DNA of 34,913 nt, from assembly GCA_045635125.1 (NCBI GenBank), contig JAZRBO010000093.1, forward strand, positions 1 to 34,913, given 5' to 3'. This DNA is from Alphaproteobacteria bacterium (GTDB lineage Bacteria > Pseudomonadota > Alphaproteobacteria > CAAHEQ01 > UBA3637). Position numbers and translations under genes: made by a program. Position 1 is the first letter of the stretch; every line of letters starts with the position of its first letter. The notes under the pieces are model-generated. The model was given only the letters and a program-made list of their open reading frames with translations. It was not told the DNA's origin and ran no database searches. Positions 28,316 through 34,913 of this stretch are shown here, one piece after another.

Positions 28316-29208
28316 AAAATAATCCAGTTTTCAAAAACATTTTGAATTGCAATAGTGATGATGAAGTTTTTTCATATTTGATTGCCACATTAAAAGAAAC
28401 AATCAAATCATGGGATTATTTTGTTAACTGGAAAAAGGTAATTCATAACTATCGTGAAGTCGAACGCTCATTAAATTTATTAAACACTTTGGTTGGTAAA
28501 GAGAATATTGAGGAAGAAGCATTGGCTTTATTAACGGATTATCCGCAAATTATTGGCGTTGTTCCTGCTTTGTTAGCAGAAAGAGAAAAGAAAATCAGCT
28601 TGTTGGTTACTCCAAATAATTTTGATGCTAGAAGATTTGATTTTTCAAAACCAATGCCGGCAAAAGATGGTGTTCTGTTCTTAAAAGAAAGTGGATTCTT
28701 AAAACTTATTTCAGATCGCAGTATTAAGTCTATCCCTGATTATTTTATCGGTGTTGAAGTTGGTCTTGATTCAAATGGTCGCAAAAATCGTAGCGGCACT
28801 TCCATGGAAAACTTGGTTGAGTTCTTTGTAAAAGACATTTGTGAGAGAAACGGTTACGAATATATTACCCAGGCTACGGCAGATAAAATCAAGGCAAAAT
28901 GGGGTAAAAATATTACAGTAACAAAATCTTCAAAGAGAATAGATTTTGCTATCAACACGCCCAAGAAACTGTATTTGATTGAAACGAACTTTTATGGAGG
29001 CGGTGGTTCTAAGTTGAAATCAACTGCCGGCGAATATGCCGATATCTATCATCAGTGGACAAGAGATGGACATCAATTCATTTGGGTAACAGATGGTTAT
29101 GGTTGGAAAACAACCCAACGCCCATTACGTGATACATTTAACACAACAGATTATATCATTAATCTTGATATGATTCAAAAAGGGGTATTAGAGGAATTGT
29201 TAAAATAA
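28312..29208 (+). CDS. dpnB: Type II restriction endonuclease, DpnII/MboI family (GATC)
   Basis: The core GVEVGLDSNGRKNRSGTSMENLVE and LIETNFYGGGGSKL...FIWVTDGYGW resemble R.DpnII as I recall it. It is the third gene after two adenine MTases. Confidence 0.82.
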   Translation: MKNNPVFKNILNCNSDDEVFSYLIATLKETIKSWDYFVNWKKVIHNYREVERSLNLLNTLVGKENIEEEALALLTDYPQIIGVVPALLAEREKKISLLVTPNNFDARRFDFSKPMPAKDGVLFLKESGFLKLISDRSIKSIPDYFIGVEVGLDSNGRKNRSGTSMENLVEFFVKDICERNGYEYITQATADKIKAKWGKNITVTKSSKRIDFAINTPKKLYLIETNFYGGGGSKLKSTAGEYADIYHQWTRDGHQFIWVTDGYGWKTTQRPLRDTFNTTDYIINLDMIQKGVLEELLK

Positions 29209-29229
29209 TTTATAAGATAGAGATTCGAT

Positions 29230-31011
29230 ATGAAACTAAAAAAGGTTCGCTTAAAAAATTTTCGAGGTTATTTAGATACGACCTTTCCCATAAATAATTT
29301 AAACGTACTAATTGGTAAAAATGATGTGGGTAAATCAACAGTTATTGATGCCTTGGATATATATTTTAATGATGCCTCTATAGAAGCTTCTGATTTTAAT
29401 GTTTATGCTGCTCATTCAGAAACAGGAAGTATTGAAATATCATGTTCTTTTGAAATAGATCCAAATGAACCAATTACTCTGGATTCAAGTGAAAACACAG
29501 CAACAACTTTAGGAGCAGAATATTTATTAAATAAAGAAAATTTGTTAGAAATATCAAAAAAATATGAATGCTCAAATGGTAAGATTAAAAAGCCCGTGGT
29601 ACAAATTGTTGCAAAGCATCCAAAGAATTTTGAAAAAGCTTTAATTTGTTTGAAAATACAAGATTTGTTAAAGTTGACTGACAGCAAAAATATTTCTGTT
29701 CCTAATCGAAATGTAAAGAAAGAAATTCGGAAGGCTATTTTTGAACAATATCCAAATATAGAATGGGTTGATGATTTCTTAATAAGTATAGATGCTAAGG
29801 ATGGTGATATAATACCTGTATTCAATAAATTTAAGGATGATTTTCCTGCGTTTTTAATTTTTCGTGCAGACAGAACAAATACAGACAAAGATAAAGAGGT
29901 AAACGATACTACAAAAGCGATTGCAAAAGCAGCTGTTTCAGAATTAGAATCTAAATTCTCTGAAATTAAGAGAATAGTGATAGAGCAAATACAAGCACTT
30001 GCTGATAAAACTCTTCTTAAATTAAATGAGTTTGATGAACATATAGCCAAGGAATTAAAAACAAATATCGAAACAAAAACGCTAGATTCCTTATTCTCTT
30101 TTACCTTCAATTGTGAAGATGGAATATCCTTTAACAAAAGAGGAAGTGGTATTAAAAGGTTAATGCTTTTAAGTTTTTTTCTTGCAGAAGCAGAAAGGAA
30201 AAATATAAGTAAAAATATAATTTATGCAATAGAAGAACCGGAAACTTCCCAACATCCTGATTTTCAAATTATGTTAATGAATGCTTTGAAAGATCTTTCG
30301 GATTCAGATAATCGTCAAATTCTATTGACAACACATACACCAGAAATAGTAAAAATGATTAACAAAGAGGATTTGATTTTCATTCAAAAGAATCATGAAG
30401 ATCATTTAATTTCAATAGAAACGAACGATGATATTGAAATATCAAAAGTTGCAGACACATTGGGTATATTGCCTTTTGTATCTTATAAGGGGGTTATTTT
30501 TGTAGAAGGTAAAACAGATACCCGTTTCTTGAAAAACTTAAGTAGAATAGATGAATTCCGAAGTATAATTGATCTCACTCACTTTACTTTTATTGAGTTA
30601 TATGGCGGTGGTAATGTAGACCTATGGATTAAAGCGAATTACCTGAAAGATACAAATATAAAGTGTTTGTATTTTAGGGATAGAGATGAAAGTACACCAA
30701 GCCCATCTGTTGTCCATCCTCAAAAAGTGATTATAACAGCGAAACGTGAAATAGAAAATTACATCCCTCTACATTTAATTGAAAACTATTTTAATATAAG
30801 TTTTACAGATAAAGAAAAGGAAGATTGGAATAATATAGATGTTGCCAATATATTACATAATAAATGTCATAAAAAATACAGTGAAGCCGCTATAAAAAAA
30901 ATGTTGCAGGCAACTGAGATTTGGGAAAAAATATATTTTTCAGAAGATGTTAAGAAGGAAATTAGGAGTTGGTTTGAAGATATAAAAGAATTTTTCAATG
31001 GATGCCGGTAG
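29230..31011 (+). CDS. OLD-family ABC-ATPase plus TOPRIM nuclease (class 1-like, or a fused PARIS-like AriAB)
   Basis: ATPase: Walker A GKNDVGKST, RGSGIKRL, Walker B IIYAIEEPE, LLTTHTPE. TOPRIM-like: FVEGKTD, YGGG, FRDRDE, REIENYIP. It starts 21 nt after the restriction gene. Confidence 0.75.
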   Translation: MKLKKVRLKNFRGYLDTTFPINNLNVLIGKNDVGKSTVIDALDIYFNDASIEASDFNVYAAHSETGSIEISCSFEIDPNEPITLDSSENTATTLGAEYLLNKENLLEISKKYECSNGKIKKPVVQIVAKHPKNFEKALICLKIQDLLKLTDSKNISVPNRNVKKEIRKAIFEQYPNIEWVDDFLISIDAKDGDIIPVFNKFKDDFPAFLIFRADRTNTDKDKEVNDTTKAIAKAAVSELESKFSEIKRIVIEQIQALADKTLLKLNEFDEHIAKELKTNIETKTLDSLFSFTFNCEDGISFNKRGSGIKRLMLLSFFLAEAERKNISKNIIYAIEEPETSQHPDFQIMLMNALKDLSDSDNRQILLTTHTPEIVKMINKEDLIFIQKNHEDHLISIETNDDIEISKVADTLGILPFVSYKGVIFVEGKTDTRFLKNLSRIDEFRSIIDLTHFTFIELYGGGNVDLWIKANYLKDTNIKCLYFRDRDESTPSPSVVHPQKVIITAKREIENYIPLHLIENYFNISFTDKEKEDWNNIDVANILHNKCHKKYSEAAIKKMLQATEIWEKIYFSEDVKKEIRSWFEDIKEFFNGCR

Positions 31012-31021
31012 CTGCAAGATT

Positions 31022-32695
31022 CTAACAATTTTCAAAATTAGACTTGTCAATAAAGTTCAATAATTCTTCTACTTTTGTTTTTAAATCTAAATGCTTTTCC
31101 AAATTTTGTGAGGTATACCACTTTGAACTTGTAATATCTGATGCAAATTGTACCTTGTCAAATGTTTTTACATCTGAGATCCGTTTATATAGATTAAGAA
31201 AAGAATCAAATTTATCTAATTGGATATCCTTATCGAAATAAGATGATAGTACATTATTGGGGATATAATTTTCTATCTCTCGACCACTTGTGATCCAATA
31301 ATTTTTTCCTAATTCATCTCGAATTCGTCTCACCCTATCTTTTAAACGTGATTGTTTCGAACCTTTATCGCTATCCATCACAATGTATGAGTTTTTATTA
31401 ATTTTTAATAAATTTATAAAGTTATCCTGATTAATCGCAGAATAATGTGCTAATAAAGTTCCACCATAAAATAAAAATTGATAGTGTAGCCCCTCTTCAA
31501 ATCTTTTATTAGGGCTAAAAAGTTCTATCCATTTTTTGATATAAATCCTATCAGAAGGTCCTTCAACCCATATAACGCAATTAGATTGAAGCAAATCACT
31601 CGCTTTTACTCCTAAATCATCCAATAGTTTTCTCTTATCATCATCGGTACTTACTGTTTCTACAGTAGAAGCATACCCATCATTGTATACTCGCACAATT
31701 TGAGCTTTTGAATTACTATTAAACAAATCGATCGCAACATTAGAGTGAGTAGTCAAAAAAACGTAGTTATTCGGATGTTGATCAATGTAGGTACTGATAT
31801 GTGATAATAATTTTCTTTCTAAGCTAGGATGCATATTGTTTTCTAATTCTTCAAATGCAAAAATAAAATGCTTTTTACTTTGGAAACGAGGTACAATATA
31901 TAACAAAGTCAGAGTTGCAATGATTGTTTTTAAGCCACTACCACAATCGGATAGTCTAACACCACCTTTTCTTGCTTCTTCTAAGTAGATTTCATGATAA
32001 TTGTTAGATGAAATTTTTGTATAGATTCTCTCAAATTTTATTTCAGGAGATACAATCTCATTGATTTTTTGTAAAAAATCTTTTTCTATAAAATCTTGCC
32101 AATGTTCAGTGTTACCATCTTCATCATTTAGCATTTTTGCAATAATATCAGTTACACCAACTGCATTATCAGACACAGAAGGTTGTATGTTTTTACCACA
32201 ATTAATTACTTCTTTTTTTATATCTCTTTCTGCTTTCAAGTGCAAGAATTCATATTCTTGAAGATATTTTCTATTAACTCGTTCTTGAATTCTCTGAAGT
32301 ATATCTATTTTAGGTAAGCCAATACCATCAATATTAATATCTATAAGTTTTTTTGTATCATCTATTTGTTGGAACAGTATCTCTTTGCCTACTAGATATT
32401 GACCTATATCATCCCAATCATTTCCATAGTAAGATAGGCTAGAAAGCATAGAACGTGCATTTTGTGGAAATATTTTCTGTAATTCATCAGAAGACAATTT
32501 GTGTTGGCATAAGGTTTGAAATGGTAAGCCTTTATCATCATTTTCAACTATTGCTTTCAATGCCTCTAAAAGCTTCGATTTTCCACTATTGTTTTTCCCT
32601 ATAATGACATTAATTGGCTTGATAGTTTCAAATCCTTGAGAATCTCTATCGTTAACAAAACATTTGTAATTTTTAATCTTAATTGAAGTATACAT
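31022..32695 (-). CDS. Second OLD-family ABC-ATPase plus TOPRIM nuclease, convergent paralogue
   Basis: ATPase: Walker A GKNNSGKSK, CGSGLKT, Walker B FIFAFEELE, FLTTHSN. TOPRIM-like: WVEGPSD, FYGG, VMDSDKG, REIENYIP. Confidence 0.75.
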   Translation of the reverse strand: MYTSIKIKNYKCFVNDRDSQGFETIKPINVIIGKNNSGKSKLLEALKAIVENDDKGLPFQTLCQHKLSSDELQKIFPQNARSMLSSLSYYGNDWDDIGQYLVGKEILFQQIDDTKKLIDINIDGIGLPKIDILQRIQERVNRKYLQEYEFLHLKAERDIKKEVINCGKNIQPSVSDNAVGVTDIIAKMLNDEDGNTEHWQDFIEKDFLQKINEIVSPEIKFERIYTKISSNNYHEIYLEEARKGGVRLSDCGSGLKTIIATLTLLYIVPRFQSKKHFIFAFEELENNMHPSLERKLLSHISTYIDQHPNNYVFLTTHSNVAIDLFNSNSKAQIVRVYNDGYASTVETVSTDDDKRKLLDDLGVKASDLLQSNCVIWVEGPSDRIYIKKWIELFSPNKRFEEGLHYQFLFYGGTLLAHYSAINQDNFINLLKINKNSYIVMDSDKGSKQSRLKDRVRRIRDELGKNYWITSGREIENYIPNNVLSSYFDKDIQLDKFDSFLNLYKRISDVKTFDKVQFASDITSSKWYTSQNLEKHLDLKTKVEELLNFIDKSNFENC

Positions 32696-32816
32696 AACCA
32701 GAATTCCTTTGTCATCATTCTATTATAAAGGGCACGAAATTTCAACATTTTTCCATATTTCACTGGACTTTTCTTTTATTCCAAGCATTCATTGTGTTGC
32801 AACGAAAGGAAAACTG

Positions 32817-33065
32817 ATGAAAATGCGCAAGTATGAGGATATCTCCCCCAGCAACCGGACAAACTTTACAATGCTTTATTACCACGCCGGCCGGATTTTG
32901 ACACATATTGAAACTCAACTGAAACAGGCTTATGGCAATCCTCTCCCCATCAAACAGGCGCGAAATCTGACCCGTATGCAACACAAATTGGAACAAATGG
33001 TTGCACGTTATAAACAAATGAAAGCGGACCTGGACAAGGAATATCAACTCAAAAAAGCAAAATAG
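32817..33065 (+). CDS. Hypothetical 82-aa helical, basic protein
   Basis: ATG 32817 has aaagga 6 nt upstream (MKMRKYEDISPSNRT...KQMKADLDKEYQLKKAK). The longer ORF-track start at 32709 is unlikely. GC is visibly higher than in the neighbouring OLD gene. Confidence 0.5.
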   Translation: MKMRKYEDISPSNRTNFTMLYYHAGRILTHIETQLKQAYGNPLPIKQARNLTRMQHKLEQMVARYKQMKADLDKEYQLKKAK

Positions 33066-33068
33066 GGC

Positions 33069-33097
33069 TTGTTTTTTGAACGTTCTTCGTATATAAT
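33069..33097 (+). promoter_or_regulatory. Candidate sigma70 promoter
   Basis: ttgttt, 17-nt spacer, tataat. Confidence 0.4.
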
Positions 33098-33103
33098 CAG
33101 TTC

Positions 33104-33310
33104 TGTTAGGACAGCCCAAGTTCTAACAAGGGAGTACAAACCCTGATTCTCGTGGGCAAGGGACTTTTGTATTATTGAAAGTTTCTTTGTTTGTGGGCAT
33201 CTCACCGTTTGGTGGGTGCCGGCGATATAAGGCATGCTCGAATAAACCGGGCTACTTTTCACGAGATTCGTAGTTTGTAACACCCACCGCCTTCTGGCGG
33301 TGTTTTGTTT
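33104..33310 (+). ncRNA. Candidate ~200-nt structured RNA (free-standing ncRNA or riboswitch/attenuator leader of the SLOG-SIR2 genes)
   Basis: There is no plausible ORF. Hairpin at 33105-33127 (gttaggac / gttctaac). Hairpin at 33196-33220 (10 bp, one bulge). Long-range pairing of tctcgtg (33148-33154) with cacgaga (33260-33266). It ends in an intrinsic terminator. I recognise no family. Confidence 0.4.
33285..33310 (+). terminator. Rho-independent terminator 20 nt upstream of the SLOG gene start
   Basis: caccgcc ttct ggcggtg, followed by ttttgttt. Confidence 0.7.
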
Positions 33311-33330
33311 GGGCTGACAGGTAATTCAGT

Positions 33331-33780
33331 TTGAGCATCTGCGCGTTCTTTGGCCACCGTGACACCCCTATGTCCAGCAATATAGAGCGACATTTAGAGG
33401 AAGTTATCAGAGATTTAATAGCCCAAGGGATAGATGAATTTTGGCTGTGCGAGCAAGGCACATTTGACTGTATGGCGCGCCTTACCTTGAAAGAATTAAA
33501 AAAGGAGTTTAGAGGGATTTCCCTGTGTTTGCTTCCGGCGTATCATCCAAGTGATGCCAAAATGGAGTGGGTTGAGGCGCAAGATTATGACCTGATATAC
33601 CCCGATGAAGTGGCCAACGCCCCAGCGCAAGTTGCTATTTTAAGACGAAATAACTACATCGCCAAGAATGCGGATTATATTGTTTGCTATATCACCCATA
33701 ATTCCGGTGGCGCTTATAAGGCTGTCGAAAAAGCCCGAAAACATAAAAAGAAAATCATCAACCTGGTCGAGTATATTTAA
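33331..33780 (+). CDS. SLOG-superfamily protein, DUF1273/YoqJ-like
   Basis: TTG start. The N-terminus ICAFFGHRD and the overall pattern (…GIDEFWLCEQGTFD…, …RRNNYIAKNADYIVCY…GGAYKAV) fit DUF1273. Confidence 0.7.
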   Translation: MSICAFFGHRDTPMSSNIERHLEEVIRDLIAQGIDEFWLCEQGTFDCMARLTLKELKKEFRGISLCLLPAYHPSDAKMEWVEAQDYDLIYPDEVANAPAQVAILRRNNYIAKNADYIVCYITHNSGGAYKAVEKARKHKKKIINLVEYI

Positions 33781-33790
33781 TCACAAAGAT

Positions 33791-33819
33791 TTGACTTTTG
33801 GGTCAAGAAAAGTTAGTAT
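33791..33819 (+). promoter_or_regulatory. Candidate internal promoter that would give a leaderless SIR2 mRNA
   Basis: ttgact, 17-nt spacer, tagtat. ATG 33827 lies 8 nt after the -10 box. Confidence 0.4.
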
Positions 33820-33826
33820 GTTGGGC

Positions 33827-34540
33827 ATGAAAAACATTGTGATTTTAACAGGCTCGGGCATATCGGCAGAATCCGGATTAAAGACATTCCGGTCTGAGGA
33901 TGGTTTGTGGCTAAATCATCGCGTTGAGGACGTGTGTACGGTTAAGGCTTTTGAACGCAACCCAGCGCTTGTCCATTCCTTTTATAACGAACTCAGGCCC
34001 ATTATGATGAAGGCAACACCCAACTCTGGCCATCAAGCTATCACCATGTTGCAACAGGAATTGCCGGATGTCACCATTAATGTTGTGACACAAAATGTGG
34101 ATCTGTTGCACGAAAAAGCAGGAAGTAAAAACATCTATCATATTCATGGCCGGATTGATGAATGCGTGTGCTTGAATTGTGGTCACGTGCTGACCACTTT
34201 TGGGGATGTGGAAAGTGATGAAACTTGTCCCGAATGTCATGTTCAAGGGATGTTGAAACCCAACATTGTCTTTTTCGGGGAAATGCCGAAGTACATGGAC
34301 GAAGTGGACAAGATGTTGGCTGAATGCGACATGTTTATTGCGATTGGGACCAGCGGTGTTGTTTATCCCGCGGCTGGCTTTGTGCGACAGGCAAAGTTCT
34401 ATGGCGCCAAGACCTATTTGTTCAATCTGGATCCTTGCAATAACAGTTCTCAATTCGACCAAGAGAACCTCGGAAAAGCATCCCAGACCTTCCCGAAATT
34501 TGCCGAAGATTTGATTAATGAACTGAAGAAAAAGGACTAG
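33827..34540 (+). CDS. cobB: NAD-dependent protein deacylase, CobB-like sirtuin (SIR2 family)
   Basis: GSGISAESGLKTFRSEDGLW, TQNVDLLH, catalytic HIHG, Zn ribbon CLNCGH...CPECH and GTSGVVYPAAGF. Similarity to E. coli CobB runs along the whole length. The alternative ATG at 33818 and the track start at 33668 overlap the SLOG gene. Confidence 0.9.
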   Translation: MKNIVILTGSGISAESGLKTFRSEDGLWLNHRVEDVCTVKAFERNPALVHSFYNELRPIMMKATPNSGHQAITMLQQELPDVTINVVTQNVDLLHEKAGSKNIYHIHGRIDECVCLNCGHVLTTFGDVESDETCPECHVQGMLKPNIVFFGEMPKYMDEVDKMLAECDMFIAIGTSGVVYPAAGFVRQAKFYGAKTYLFNLDPCNNSSQFDQENLGKASQTFPKFAEDLINELKKKD

Positions 34541-34541
34541 A

Positions 34542-34913
34542 ATGGATAATACAATAAAGAAAATAGGAAAAAATGGTGCACTGGCAATATTAAGCCAAAT
34601 ACCTGTCGTTTCAGGATTTAGTAAATTCGTTGAGGATTTCGTGCAAGATAACTGGCAAGAGCGTATGGACTTATGGAAGGAAGAGGTTGTAAAACGCCTA
34701 GCGCAGTTAGACACAGAAATGGAACAAAAAATAAGAGATACTTCTAATTTTGCTAGCATATTAGCATCGGCCCAAAGAGGTGCACTAGAAGATATAGAGA
34801 AAAATAAAGTTGCACTGTATGCAAATGCCGTTATAAATGCTATTAAAAATGAGAATATTAATGATGCAAAGAAACACATATTTTTAAATATGTTAAGAGA
34901 TTTTACTTCACTA
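34542..34913 (+). CDS. Unknown protein, N-terminal 124 codons only (runs off the window; not in the ORF track)
   Basis: ATG 34542 lies 1 nt after the SIR2 stop, and the frame stays open to the window end (MDNTIKKIGKNGALAILSQIPVVSGFSKFVEDFVQDNWQERMDLWKEE...). It is predicted helical. GC drops abruptly at the gene boundary. Confidence 0.55.
   Translation, partial: MDNTIKKIGKNGALAILSQIPVVSGFSKFVEDFVQDNWQERMDLWKEEVVKRLAQLDTEMEQKIRDTSNFASILASAQRGALEDIEKNKVALYANAVINAIKNENINDAKKHIFLNMLRDFTSL

Noticed and set aside
29412-30137. 241-aa minus-strand ORF inside the first OLD gene
   Set aside because: It is antisense to a gene with clear ATPase motifs. Its Ser/Phe/Ile-rich translation is typical of the reverse strand of AT-rich coding DNA.
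29230-32695. Calling the OLD genes Gabija, Septu or retron-associated systems
   Set aside because: No UvrD-like helicase (GajB), HNH partner (PtuB) or reverse transcriptase/msr-msd lies adjacent. Only the generic OLD/fused-PARIS-like description is supportable.
32760-33461. Three overlapping minus-strand ORFs (32760-33119, 33044-33283, 33252-33461) covering the candidate RNA region
   Set aside because: They overlap each other and the plus-strand ORFs. They lack RBSs and give no recognisable protein pattern. The region is better explained as non-coding, with a promoter, helices and a terminator.
33911-34879. 322-aa minus-strand ORF in the ORF track
   Set aside because: It is entirely antisense to the strongly CobB-like SIR2 gene and to the following plus-strand ORF. 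The translation is low-complexity with no motifs or RBS, so it is a shadow ORF.
33331-34913. Calling the SLOG plus SIR2 pair Thoeris
   Set aside because: No TIR (ThsB) gene is visible. The domains are in separate genes and in reversed order. The SIR2 is a canonical CobB-like sirtuin with a zinc ribbon, so I report it only as a hypothesis.

Overview
This 34.9-kb window looks like a low-GC alphaproteobacterium-type genome. The lineage call rests on the rnd-kdsD-lptC/A-lptB gene order, IalB, AsmA and several ankyrin-repeat genes that suggest a host-associated lifestyle. It is inference, not a search result. Positions 1-23,800 are ordinary, tightly packed housekeeping genes: an ABC exporter, an RNase D-like exonuclease, kdsD, an apparent lptC-lptA fusion, lptB, pfk, an MFS transporter, rarA, an rluC-type synthase, asmA, acyP, ialB, rlmN, fabI, leuS, clpB, a NUDIX hydrolase and three ankyrin genes. 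From about 23,900 to the window end the character changes to a mosaic accessory or defence island with four parts. (1) A two-gene cassette (unknown 219-aa protein plus DUF488) has its own consensus promoter and a structured leader, and is boxed in by a perfect 27-bp inverted repeat. (2) A DpnII-type GATC restriction-modification operon (Dam-like MTase, second N6-MTase, R.DpnII-like nuclease) has an unknown, divergently transcribed fourth gene. (3) Two convergent, paralogous OLD-type ABC-ATPase/TOPRIM proteins lie 10 bp apart. (4) A visibly higher-GC block carries a small unknown ORF, a ~200-nt ORF-free region bounded by a promoter and a terminator (candidate ncRNA or leader), a SLOG/DUF1273 gene, a CobB-like SIR2 gene and a tightly coupled low-GC gene that runs off the window. 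The best candidates for an undescribed system are the inverted-repeat-bounded DUF488 cassette, the OLD pair, and the RNA-SLOG-SIR2-X module. All family calls come from motif recognition by eye. No searches or computations were run, and GC statements are visual estimates.
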